Of a stretch of DNA of 64,000 bases, positions 10,050-19,350 are shown piece after piece (the first letter of the stretch is position 1; each line of letters starts with the position of its first letter). The notes under the pieces were generated by a model. That model was not told where the DNA came from. It was given only the letters and a program-made list of their open reading frames with translations, and ran no database searches. Source of the stretch: a bacterium (GTDB taxonomy: Bacteria > SAR324 > XYD2-FULL-50-16 > G965216635); contig OZ244188.1 of assembly GCA_965216635.1 (NCBI GenBank), positions 1,472,001 to 1,536,000 of the forward strand, given 5' to 3'. Made by a program: the position numbers and the translations under genes.

Positions 10050-11135
10050 ATGAGTTTAGAACTAGGCATAGTAGGCTTACCCAATGTAGGCAAATCTACT
10101 TTATTCACGGCTGTAACTTCTTCTAAAGCTGCTGCAGAAAATTATCCTTTTTGTACGATTGAGCCCAACGTGGGATTAGTTCCGATACCGGATCAGCGAT
10201 TAGACGAGCTTTGTTATATTTACAAACCTCAAAAAAGAATAGCAAATTATTTGAAATTAATAGATATTGCGGGTTTAGTCAAAGGGGCAGCTCAAGGAGA
10301 AGGGTTAGGAAATAAATTTTTGGACCATATTCAAAAAGTAGATGCCTATATCCATTTAGTGCGTTGCTTTGAAGACGACAGTATCACTCATGTTGAGGGT
10401 AAGATAGATCCAGAATCTGATGTTTTAGTAATTAAAACAGAGTTGATTTTATCGGATTTAGAAAGGTTGAAAAAAAGACAAGAAAAAATTAGCAAGCAAG
10501 CCAAAGCAGAAAAACAGACAGACAAATTGGATTTTTATGAAAAGATACTAGCGCATCTAGACGAAGGGCATTTTGTGCGGAATTTGAAATTGGATAAAGA
10601 AAGCGAAAAAATTTGGTTAAAAGAGTTGCAACTGATAACAGCAAAGCCTTTCTTTTATGTAGTCAATACAGCAGACAAACAAAGCGATCAAGAATTTAAA
10701 AATAAGCTGTCTTCCATTGCTAAAACCGATAAAGTATCTGTAGTAGAGGTCAACTGTGCCTTTGAAAGCGAGTTGGCGGGAATGTCTGAGGCAGAAAAGA
10801 AAGATTTTATACAAGATTTGGGTTTAGAAAAAAGTGGTTTGGAAAGAATAGTTCAAAAAGGTTTTGCTTTGCTCAACCTAATTAGTTTTTTTACTGCTGG
10901 AAGTAAAGAAGTTCGCGCTTGGAATATTTCACAGGGGATGTCTGCAGCAGAGGCTGCGGGGAAAATTCATACAGATATGCAAAGAGGTTTTATTCGGGCA
11001 GAAATTTTTAATTTTGAAGATTTAAAAAAATTTGGTAGTGAAGTAGAAATCAAAAAACAAGGTAAGTTAAGACTAGAAGGTAAAGATTATACTGTAGTGG
11101 ATGGGGATATTCTACACATCCTATTTTCTGTGTAG
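10050..11135 (+). CDS. ychF: Redox-regulated ATPase YchF
   Basis: GIVGLPNVGKST, NYPFCTIEPN, DIAGLVKGA, GKIHTD, TGS tail. Confidence 0.96.
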   Translation: MSLELGIVGLPNVGKSTLFTAVTSSKAAAENYPFCTIEPNVGLVPIPDQRLDELCYIYKPQKRIANYLKLIDIAGLVKGAAQGEGLGNKFLDHIQKVDAYIHLVRCFEDDSITHVEGKIDPESDVLVIKTELILSDLERLKKRQEKISKQAKAEKQTDKLDFYEKILAHLDEGHFVRNLKLDKESEKIWLKELQLITAKPFFYVVNTADKQSDQEFKNKLSSIAKTDKVSVVEVNCAFESELAGMSEAEKKDFIQDLGLEKSGLERIVQKGFALLNLISFFTAGSKEVRAWNISQGMSAAEAAGKIHTDMQRGFIRAEIFNFEDLKKFGSEVEIKKQGKLRLEGKDYTVVDGDILHILFSV

Positions 11136-11152
11136 ACTGTTGCATTAGTTTA

Positions 11153-11668
11153 ATGAAAAATATAGTTTGGCTTAACAGCCTAGAAAAATCAGCGGAAAAA
11201 GAATTTTTAGCCTGTTGTGCTTCTAAAGAGTGGGCAAAGTCTATGGTAGAAAAAATGCCTTTTGAAAATCTCAAACAACTTTTAAGAACAGCAGAAGAAG
11301 AATGGTTTATTTTAGCTGCTGCAGCTAAAATAGAAGCCTTTGCGTCCCACCCTCAAATAGGAGATGTTTCTGCTCTCAGAAAAAAATTTGCTACGAGCAA
11401 TCAACAAAAACACGCAAAGTGGAGCGGAGAAGAGCAAGCACAGGTTTCCGATTTGGACGAAAAAATTTTACAAGAACTCGCAAGTTATAACAAAAAATAC
11501 TTGCAAAAATTTGGATTTATTTTTATTGTTTGTGCTACAGAGCAAACGGCAGAAAATATATTGAAAAGTTTGAAAACTAGAATCCATAATTCTTATAAAA
11601 AAGAATTAGAAAATGCTAGTTTGGAGCAGAATAAGATTATACTTAATAGAATCCACAAAATGTTATAG
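11153..11668 (+). CDS. uraD: OHCU decarboxylase
   Basis: EAFASHPQIG, EQA, NKKYLQKFGFIFIVCA; upstream of uraH. Confidence 0.88.
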   Translation: MKNIVWLNSLEKSAEKEFLACCASKEWAKSMVEKMPFENLKQLLRTAEEEWFILAAAAKIEAFASHPQIGDVSALRKKFATSNQQKHAKWSGEEQAQVSDLDEKILQELASYNKKYLQKFGFIFIVCATEQTAENILKSLKTRIHNSYKKELENASLEQNKIILNRIHKML

Positions 11669-11805
11669 ACCTTTGAATTTGCATTCTGTTTAGCCTATGC
11701 AGCGTTGAAAAAAATTTTTAACTCTTGAAATACTTCAGTATTCCAGCGAGCTAAAAATTTTTTTCGCCTTGCCTAGCCGTCACATAACGCAAATTCAAAG
11801 GTCTA
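11666..11805. mobile_element. Palindromic element starting at the uraD stop codon
   Basis: TAGACCTTTGAATTTGC...GCAAATTCAAAGGTCTA, perfect 17-bp terminal inverted repeat. Confidence 0.85.
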
Positions 11806-11896
11806 TGTTATTATGAGAAGTCCTATTAGAATCCACAAGATGTTATTATGAGAAGTCCTATTAGAATCCACAAAATGTTATTATGAGAAGTCCTAT
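11806..11896 (+). repeat. 35-bp tandem repeat (2.6 copies) of the uraD-end/uraH-start junction
   Basis: TGTTATTATGAGAAGTCCTATTAGAATCCACAA(G/A)A at 11806, 11841, partial at 11876. Confidence 0.9.
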
Positions 11897-12227
11897 CACA
11901 ACCCATATACTAGATACAGCTATCGGAAAACCGGCGGCTGAAGTTTCTGTGATCTTATCGCAAAAAAAAGAAACAGGATGGGAAAAGTTATCTCAATCTA
12001 TTACCAACAAAGACGGCAGAATAGAAGACCTATTGGCTACAGATCATTCTTTGGAAAAAGGAATCTATAAATTAGAATTTTTTACTCTCGCCTATTTTCA
12101 AAAAAATAATAGAGATTCGTTTTATCCCTCGGTTAGTATATGTTTTGAAGTAAACGACACAACGCAACACTACCATGTTCCTTTGTTGCTACAGGGGTTT
12201 GGTTATGCCACCTATAGAGGAAGCTAA
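11883..12227 (+). CDS. uraH: 5-hydroxyisourate hydrolase
   Basis: ITTHILDT, TNKDGR, HYHVPLLL..YATYRGS C-terminal signature. Confidence 0.95.
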   Translation: MRSPITTHILDTAIGKPAAEVSVILSQKKETGWEKLSQSITNKDGRIEDLLATDHSLEKGIYKLEFFTLAYFQKNNRDSFYPSVSICFEVNDTTQHYHVPLLLQGFGYATYRGS

Positions 12228-12229
12228 CT

Positions 12230-13450
12230 ATGTTAATTGATTGGCAAGATTGGCTTAATTTAATTATTCGCTGGTTTCACATAGTTGCTGGAGTTGCTTG
12301 GATTGGAAGTTCATTTTATTTTATTTGGCTGGATTATAGCCTACACCCTCCTAAAGAAAAGGACGAACCAGAAAAAAATCAACAAGAGGCTGGAGTATTT
12401 GGAGAAGTTTGGTCAGTGCACGGTGGAGGTTTTTATCATGTACGAAAATTTCAAAACGCTCCTAAAAACCTCCCTGAAACTCTACATTGGTTTAAGTGGG
12501 AAGCCTACAGCACATGGATTAGTGGTTTTGCGTTATTCGTTTTAATCTATTACCTAAATTCTAAACTCTATCTCATTGACGCAGAAAAATTTGCTTTCAC
12601 TCCGTTGCAATCTATTTTTGTTAGTTTAGGTTTTTTAGCTGGAGGTTGGTTAGTCTACGATACTTTATGCCGCTCTTTTATTGCTAGATTCCCTATTTTA
12701 TTTTTTGGTATAGCTTTTTTTTTGATTTGTGTCTTGTCTTATAGCCTAACGCATTTTTTTAATTCTAAAGCTGCTTTTTTACACTACGGTGTTGTTTTAG
12801 GAAGCATTATGGTAGGTAATGTTTTCTTCGTTATTATTCCAAACCAAAAAAAAATAGTTGCCGCTCTAATAGCGGGCAAAACCCCAGATGAAAATTTAGG
12901 TAAAACAGGAAAGCAACGTTCTACGCACAATAATTATTTCACTCTGCCTGTTATTTTTACTATGATTAGCGGGCACTACCCATTGACTTTTGGACATCCT
13001 TACAATTGGGTTATTCTAGTTTTGATTACTTTTTTAAGTGCTTTTTTCAGGCATTATTTTAATTTAAAACATCAAGGAAAAAAATCTTTTTGGGTATTGA
13101 TTACCTCTTTTATTTTTATTCTAATTGCTATATTTGTAACAGATTGGAGTAGAAAGTATTTCTTGAAAAAAGAAGTCCTAAAGACTGAGCAAGTAGAATT
13201 TGTAGAAGTCCAAAAAATTATTCAAGAAAGATGTAGCTCTTGCCATTCCGATAGACCTACTTTTACTGGAATTGCTGCTGCTCCTGCGGGTATAAGCTAT
13301 GACAAACCAGAGAACATTTTGTTAAATGTAGAAAAAATATACCAACAGGTAGTAATCAGTAAAATTATGCCCTTAGGCAATATTACTCAAATGACTCAAG
13401 AAGAGAGAGGTATTATAGCGCAGTGGGCAACTAACTTAAATAAAAAATAA
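12230..13450 (+). CDS. puuD: Urate hydroxylase PuuD (membrane protein with cytochrome c domain)
   Basis: RWFHIVAGVAWIGSSFYF, VHGGGFY, RSTHNNYFTLPV, C-terminal CSSCH heme motif. Confidence 0.9.
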   Translation: MLIDWQDWLNLIIRWFHIVAGVAWIGSSFYFIWLDYSLHPPKEKDEPEKNQQEAGVFGEVWSVHGGGFYHVRKFQNAPKNLPETLHWFKWEAYSTWISGFALFVLIYYLNSKLYLIDAEKFAFTPLQSIFVSLGFLAGGWLVYDTLCRSFIARFPILFFGIAFFLICVLSYSLTHFFNSKAAFLHYGVVLGSIMVGNVFFVIIPNQKKIVAALIAGKTPDENLGKTGKQRSTHNNYFTLPVIFTMISGHYPLTFGHPYNWVILVLITFLSAFFRHYFNLKHQGKKSFWVLITSFIFILIAIFVTDWSRKYFLKKEVLKTEQVEFVEVQKIIQERCSSCHSDRPTFTGIAAAPAGISYDKPENILLNVEKIYQQVVISKIMPLGNITQMTQEERGIIAQWATNLNKK

Positions 13451-13452
13451 AT

Positions 13453-13848
13453 ATGGAAATCAAACAACTTCCCTCTAAAGAAGTGCTTAATTTTTTGAGT
13501 TCTACTGAGGAAAAACCCCGTACCCTTTTGGATGTTCGCACTCTTAATGAATGGGACAAAGTAGGCAGACCAGATGGAGAAAATCTACAAATGAAAACTT
13601 ATTTTGTCTCAATTAAATTAGGCGAAGAGAGAAAGATGAATGAAAATTTCATAGAAGAAGTCGCAGCAAAAAAAATTCCCAAAGATAAAAGTGTGATGAT
13701 TATCTGTCGTGGCGGAATTCGCTCTCAACTAGCAGCTCAGCTTTTGAGCAAGGCTGGTTATCAAAATTGTATCAATATCTCTGACGGTTTTGAAGGCAAT
13801 CAAGATATTGGTGAGGGTTGGAAAAAGATTGGTCTGCCTTGCAAATAA
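13453..13848 (+). CDS. Rhodanese-like domain protein
   Basis: LLDVRT..EW, active-site CRGGIRS, NISDGFEG. Confidence 0.88.
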   Translation: MEIKQLPSKEVLNFLSSTEEKPRTLLDVRTLNEWDKVGRPDGENLQMKTYFVSIKLGEERKMNENFIEEVAAKKIPKDKSVMIICRGGIRSQLAAQLLSKAGYQNCINISDGFEGNQDIGEGWKKIGLPCK

Positions 13849-13861
13849 AAGTTAAAATATA

Positions 13862-15037
13862 GTGCAAAAATCAAAATATAAAGTTAGCACCAATCTAGTC
13901 CGAGGAGGGACTAATCGCTCTCAATTTAAAGAAACATCGGAAGCTATTTTTTTCAATTCGGGATTTGTTTATGATACAGCAGAGCAGGCAGAAGCTATTT
14001 TTGCCGGAGAAGAGGCTGGGTTTCAGTATAGTCGTTATGCCAATCCAACCGTGGAAATGTTTGAAAACAGACTTTCCCTTTTGGAAGGATGCGAAAGCTG
14101 TTTTGCAACAGCTAGTGGTATGGCTGCGGTTTTTGGAGCTATAATGTGTCAACTGAAATCGGGAGATCATCTACTTTCTTCTGCTGCTTTGTTTGGTTCT
14201 TGTCGCTATATTATTACTTCTATTTTACCTAAATACGGTATTGAAACAACTCTTATAGATGGTAAAAATCTAGAGGAGTGGGAAAATGGGTTTCAGAAAA
14301 ACACCAAACTTGTATTTTTTGAGACTCCTTCCAATCCTTGTTTAGAAATTATTGATATAGCAGCAGTTTGTGAACTTACAAAAAGCTATGGGGCGAAGGT
14401 TATTGCTGATAATATTTTTGCGTCCCCTATTTTGCAAAATACAATGAAATTCGGAGTAGATATTGTAGTTTATTCTGGCACCAAACACATAGATGGGCAG
14501 GGCAGAGCTATGGGAGGAGCAATTTTATCAACAGAAGAATTTAAAGAAGAAATCCTAAAACCCTATTTGAGACATACTGGTCCCTGTATGAGTCCGTTTA
14601 ATGCATGGGTGCTTCTGAAAGGGTTAGAGACTTTGAAAATTAGAGTTATGGCTCAATCCGAATCCGCGTATCTATTAGCAAAATACTTCAGCCAAGTTCC
14701 TCAAATAGAAGAAGTTTATTATCCTTTTTTAGAAAGTAATCCACAATTAGATTTAGCAAAAAAACAACAAAAATCGGGTGGGACAGTGTTGAGTTTTAAA
14801 ATAAAAGGCACAAAAAAAGATGCTTTCCGTTTTATGAATAGGTTGAAATTATTGGATATTTCTAATAATCTTGGAGATACCAAATCTTTGATTACTCATC
14901 CCACTACAACTACTCATAGAGTATTAGAAGAGCAGGAAAGAACAGCTTTAGGAATCACAGAAAACTTAATAAGAATCTCTGTAGGATTGGAAGATTTAGA
15001 AGACCTTATCTCAGATATAAACCAAGCCTTCTTGTAG
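13862..15037 (+). CDS. metZ: O-succinylhomoserine sulfhydrylase (PLP trans-sulfuration family)
   Basis: YSRYANPT, SGMAAV, ETPSNP, SGTKHIDGQGR, SNNLGDTKSL. Confidence 0.88.
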   Translation: MQKSKYKVSTNLVRGGTNRSQFKETSEAIFFNSGFVYDTAEQAEAIFAGEEAGFQYSRYANPTVEMFENRLSLLEGCESCFATASGMAAVFGAIMCQLKSGDHLLSSAALFGSCRYIITSILPKYGIETTLIDGKNLEEWENGFQKNTKLVFFETPSNPCLEIIDIAAVCELTKSYGAKVIADNIFASPILQNTMKFGVDIVVYSGTKHIDGQGRAMGGAILSTEEFKEEILKPYLRHTGPCMSPFNAWVLLKGLETLKIRVMAQSESAYLLAKYFSQVPQIEEVYYPFLESNPQLDLAKKQQKSGGTVLSFKIKGTKKDAFRFMNRLKLLDISNNLGDTKSLITHPTTTTHRVLEEQERTALGITENLIRISVGLEDLEDLISDINQAFL

Positions 15038-15050
15038 AGAATTTCTATAA

Positions 15051-15296
15051 TAGACTTTTGAATTTCGCTGATGCTTACCCCACTATTGGGGCTAGGCAAA
15101 TGGCTAGAAAAGTGCGAAAAAAAAATTTAGCTCGCTGGAATACTCTCTTACTGCTTAATCAAAAAATAAAGGTTATAGTAAAAGAGCCACTGGTATGAGC
15201 CAAATGGTCATACCAGTGGCTCTTTTGCCAAAGCTTGTATTGGCGTGAAAGCAATAAGCTTGTTGGCTAAACTAGATGAGCAAATTCAAAAATCTA
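15051..15296. mobile_element. Palindromic element, full copy
   Basis: TAGACTTTTGAATTT...AAATTCAAAAATCTA; internal hairpin AAAAGAGCCACTGGTATGA/TCATACCAGTGGCTCTTTT. Confidence 0.82.
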
Positions 15297-15355
15297 TAAT
15301 ATTTAATTTAAAAAATTTCTAACACAACACTCTCCACTTTAGGAAAAAGTATATA

Positions 15356-17113
15356 ATGAAAAAAAAAGAACTTAGCGACAAAGAAACAATAAAAAGATTA
15401 TTGGCTACAGCAAAGCCTTACAAAGCATCCATTCTTGTTGCGGTTGTAATGATGATACTTTTTGCTTTAATCAACGCTGCTCCAGCTATTTTTGTAAAAA
15501 ATATTATTGATTCTATTGAAGGAGGAACGAAAATACCTAATTATAAATTTTTCTTATTAGGTGCTGCTATTATTGGACTCTACTCTCTTAAAGGAGCTTT
15601 AGGTTTCGGTCAAGAAGTTTTACTTGGCACATTGGGCGCTAAAATAACCGCTACCATGAGAGGCACCCTTTATAAAAAAATACTCTATCTTCCTGCTTCT
15701 TATTTTGATAGAGAAAAAACTGGAGGTTTGCTTGTTCGTATCTTATCTGATATTGGACAGTTTCAAACTTTTATCCTCACTATCTTGAAATCTTGTCTGC
15801 TACTCGTGCCACAAATTTTAGTTTTGATTGGGGTAATGATTTATAGGAGTTGGGTACTTAGTTTGATGATACTCATTATTTTTCCTTTAATTACTATTTT
15901 TGTCAGGAAAGTTAGTATAAAAAGTGCTTTGGTTGGTAAGGCATCACAAAAACAAACTGATGTGATCTTAAATACTATTTTAGAAGCTTTGCGAAGTATC
16001 AGAGTAGTCAAAGCTTTTACAGCAGAAAAAAAAGAGTGGAAAAAATTTGGTAGGGACAATCAACGAATGTTTGAACTGAATAAGAAAATGAATAGAACCA
16101 TATCCACTGCTACTCCAGCTGTAGAACTTATAAATTCTATTTTTATGGCGTCTATAATCGTAGTTGGAGGAATTCTTATCAATAGTTCTCTGATGACAAG
16201 CGGAGAGATGGCGTCTTTTATTTTAGCATCGGTTTTAGCCTACGCTCCTCTTAAAGCCCTTAGTGGCATTAACTTTACGATTCAACTTAGTTTAATCTCC
16301 TCTAAAAGAATTTTTGAAATTTTAGATGTTCCTAATCCTATTATAGAAAATGATCACAAAAAGAAAAGCCTTCCTCCGTTCAAAGATCAAATAGAAATAT
16401 CTATTAAAAATTTTAATTATCAAGGAAAGAATAAAAAAATACTGCACAACATCAATCTTACTATCCCTAAAGGAAAAGTAGTGGCTTTAGTGGGAAAAAC
16501 TGGTAGTGGCAAAACGACTTTAGTCAATCTTTTATCCCGATTGTATGATTTAAAAGAAGACTGGGGATTTGTGAAAATAGATGGTCACGATATAAGGAAT
16601 GTGAAAATAGCAAGTTTAAGAAAACAGATTTCTACTGTCAGCCAAGATGCTATACTTTTTAACGATACGATTGAAAACAATGTAGCCTACGGACAAATAA
16701 AATATTCAAAAAAGAAATTGGAAAAAGTGGCCAAGCAGGCGCATATAGACGAATTTCTAAAAGCCATGCCTAAAGGGTATCAAGAAGTAGTAGGAGAATT
16801 TGGGGTTCGCCTTTCTGGAGGACAAAAGCAAAGAATTAATTTAGCAAGAGCTTTTATGAAAGAAGCACCTATTCTTATATTTGATGAACCAACCAGCTCT
16901 TTAGATAGCGAATCTGAACAAAAAATATTTTCCTTAATAGAGCCTTTAATTCAAAAAAGTACTACCATTATGATAGCCCATCGCTTATCCACTATTAAAA
17001 AAGCGGATACTATCTATGTCCTTAAAAATGGAACTATAATAGAAAGTGGTTCTCACGATGAACTTCTTAAAAAAAAGAAAGAGTATTATAAATTTTGCCA
17101 AATTCAAAAATAA
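15356..17113 (+). CDS. MsbA-like ABC exporter (TMD+NBD)
   Basis: N-terminal TM domain, GKTGSGKT, LSGGQKQR, DEPTSSLD, IAHRLSTI. Confidence 0.85.
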   Translation: MKKKELSDKETIKRLLATAKPYKASILVAVVMMILFALINAAPAIFVKNIIDSIEGGTKIPNYKFFLLGAAIIGLYSLKGALGFGQEVLLGTLGAKITATMRGTLYKKILYLPASYFDREKTGGLLVRILSDIGQFQTFILTILKSCLLLVPQILVLIGVMIYRSWVLSLMILIIFPLITIFVRKVSIKSALVGKASQKQTDVILNTILEALRSIRVVKAFTAEKKEWKKFGRDNQRMFELNKKMNRTISTATPAVELINSIFMASIIVVGGILINSSLMTSGEMASFILASVLAYAPLKALSGINFTIQLSLISSKRIFEILDVPNPIIENDHKKKSLPPFKDQIEISIKNFNYQGKNKKILHNINLTIPKGKVVALVGKTGSGKTTLVNLLSRLYDLKEDWGFVKIDGHDIRNVKIASLRKQISTVSQDAILFNDTIENNVAYGQIKYSKKKLEKVAKQAHIDEFLKAMPKGYQEVVGEFGVRLSGGQKQRINLARAFMKEAPILIFDEPTSSLDSESEQKIFSLIEPLIQKSTTIMIAHRLSTIKKADTIYVLKNGTIIESGSHDELLKKKKEYYKFCQIQK

Positions 17114-17156
17114 CTCTTGTCTCAGGTGATATTTCTGTTTAAAAGGGTTCTGCTTT

Positions 17157-17216
17157 CCTGAAATGTTTATTAACCTGAAATGTTTATTAGCCTGAAATGT
17201 TTAGCCTGAAATGTTT
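17157..17216. repeat. Four copies of CCTGAAATGTTT (14-17 bp period)
   Basis: Seen directly between two convergent genes. Confidence 0.85.
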
Positions 17217-17223
17217 GGTGAGG

Positions 17224-18663
17224 CTATTGGTGTAAAATAAGATGTTGTCCGTGCTTTAGTAGTTTTTGTCCTTTAGCCAAAGACAATACACTTCTAGTGT
17301 GCATGAAATATACTTGCTTACCTGTACTTACTTCTTGTTGTTTGTATTCTCTTTCATCCCCGTGGATAGACCCCTTACCAGCATCAATAAATGTATGATC
17401 TGTTAAGGGATCTGGAATGTAATTTTTCAAAAAATCTTTTCTTTTTTCACTAAAAACTTTCATTTGATTCAGCTCTTTAATTTTGTTTTTACTAGCGTGA
17501 TCTCCTGATACAAACAAAGTAGTATTTTCTGAAGAATCCGCTTTGGAAACAGACATCTTTATCCCAATCGCTGGAATGACATGCAAGGAGTGAAATACTT
17601 CTATTTGAACGCCAAATAGCTCAAATAGCTTATCAGGGTAAATAGGGTGGTAATTGAAATATTTTTTTGCTTCGTCGTAAGAGCATTGTAATGCTGCTAC
17701 CGCTTTGAGTAAAATACAATGAAAAACAACAGGGATAGTGTAAATCTCTACGGGCTTATCTTCACAGATGATTTGTGCAATATCTAAATGATCTTCGTGA
17801 ACATGAGAAATAAAAACAGCATCCATATCTTTTACACTCAAACCTAACTGCTTCAAATGGGTTTCTGTGTAGCCGGGGCAATCCCACAATACCCATTTCC
17901 CTTTCACGCGTATTAAATAACCATTTGCGGGAGCTAAAGGATCAAAGCCTTCACTAGCCCCCAAAACCCTTAAAGAAAAAATATCACTCTCTGGATCGCT
18001 TTCTTCTGAAAGTAACGGAGAATGATTGACGGGATAACAAGGTTCTTGAGGTTCAGCAAAATTAATATCACATACATAAGAATCTTTCCGATATTTGATA
18101 TTGTATTTATTTTTATCAAAATGCTCTATTACAATACTATTTCTTGCTGCCATAGTTTCCCCAATTTCTACAGTTTCTCCTATATCCAATGGCAAAAACT
18201 GTATAAAATCTTCTATTTGCAAAATAGAATTGTCGTGCCTCTTTAGTGCAAAATACTCATTTTCTTTAATAATTTGCGCAAGTTCCTCTGTATCTATCTT
18301 TTCTGTCAACCCAAGCAATGAATCAATTTTTTCTATCTCTTCTCTTCTGATGCCTAGCAAAGTTACCCGAATAAGCTCTTTTAATAAGTTTAAGTAAGAC
18401 TTAGGCGCAAAAAGCTTTAGTTTTATCCCTCTCGCCAAGCCTTTTTGCACGAAAAGAAAATGATAAATCAAAAACTCTACAGAAGCTTGGAAGGTAAAAT
18501 GTTTCGCCAAAGTATCTGGGATAACTACAATAGATGGCAAAGCCTGTTTTTGAAATAAAAGAAATTTTAATACCTCTGCTGGGCATCCAAAGAGTACAGC
18601 ATTAATAGAGGTAGTATAAAGTTTTGATCCTGGTAATATTTCTTTTTCTGAAAGAGAAGTCAT
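17224..18663 (-). CDS. Metallo-beta-lactamase-fold hydrolase (possible cyclic-nucleotide phosphodiesterase)
   Basis: LGASEGFDP, SHVHEDH (HxHxDH), H.IPAIG, SGD, IHG, MH motifs. Confidence 0.7.
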   Translation of the reverse strand: MTSLSEKEILPGSKLYTTSINAVLFGCPAEVLKFLLFQKQALPSIVVIPDTLAKHFTFQASVEFLIYHFLFVQKGLARGIKLKLFAPKSYLNLLKELIRVTLLGIRREEIEKIDSLLGLTEKIDTEELAQIIKENEYFALKRHDNSILQIEDFIQFLPLDIGETVEIGETMAARNSIVIEHFDKNKYNIKYRKDSYVCDINFAEPQEPCYPVNHSPLLSEESDPESDIFSLRVLGASEGFDPLAPANGYLIRVKGKWVLWDCPGYTETHLKQLGLSVKDMDAVFISHVHEDHLDIAQIICEDKPVEIYTIPVVFHCILLKAVAALQCSYDEAKKYFNYHPIYPDKLFELFGVQIEVFHSLHVIPAIGIKMSVSKADSSENTTLFVSGDHASKNKIKELNQMKVFSEKRKDFLKNYIPDPLTDHTFIDAGKGSIHGDEREYKQQEVSTGKQVYFMHTRSVLSLAKGQKLLKHGQHLILHQ

Positions 18664-18693
18664 AATAGAAAATAAAAATTACTAATGCTTATT

Positions 18694-18898
18694 GAGACCT
18701 TTGCCAATAGCGAAATCGGCATTCTAGTTCGGCTATGCAGAGTTTAAAAAAAATGCCCCTTGAAATACTCTTAATCTCTTGACGCAAAATAAAGTTTTAT
18801 GATATTTTTGCGAGCTAAAAAAATTTTTCGCACTTTTCTAAACATTTGGCTAGCCGTCACAGCTGGTTTTGTCCTATTTGGCAAAATTCAAAAGTCTA
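18694..18898. mobile_element. Palindromic element copy (degenerate left end)
   Basis: GAGACCTTTG...AAATTCAAAAGTCTA; contains the reverse complement of the GGCTAGCCAAATG..TAGAAAAGTGCG module. Confidence 0.75.
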
Positions 18899-19023
18899 TA
18901 AGATAGAAAATCTACCCTAAATTTTGCTGTATAGCAAATAAATTTTACTATCTAGAATAGTTTTTTTTTAAATTAGGAAATTTTTAAAATCAAAATAACT
19001 AATAAAACTAATTAAGAAAATAA

Positions 19024-19350
19024 CTATTCCGTAATAATCTCACAAAACCCAGAAAAAGAAAAAATTTTATCTATTTCTAAGTTTCTAGTCTTAATATTGC
19101 CTGCTAGTTCCCCATTGTGACTTAAATATACATTTTCTTTGGCTAAAACAGAGCCACTGGTTTTACCGCTAGAAATAAAATTTTTAGCAACAATATCAGC
19201 ATCAATTTGAGCTTCTTCTCCTACTGTCACTGTGTTTTGGCTTTGAATTTTTCCTGTAACCTTGCCATCTATTCTAATATTTCCTTGAAATTCCATATTC
19301 CCATTTAAAATTAGGTTGCTAGAAATAAAACTAGCTAATTTAGATTTCAT
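19024..19350 (-). CDS. Bactofilin (polymer-forming cytoskeletal protein)
   Basis: Beta-helix pattern L.GN..F.G.IRIDG.V.G.I; downstream of parAB. Confidence 0.85.
   Translation of the reverse strand: MKSKLASFISSNLILNGNMEFQGNIRIDGKVTGKIQSQNTVTVGEEAQIDADIVAKNFISSGKTSGSVLAKENVYLSHNGELAGNIKTRNLEIDKIFSFSGFCEIITE

Noticed and set aside
11806..11896. Possible mini-CRISPR (35-bp repeats)
   Set aside because: Repeats are head-to-tail with no unique spacers, derive from uraD/uraH coding sequence, and there are no cas genes in the window.
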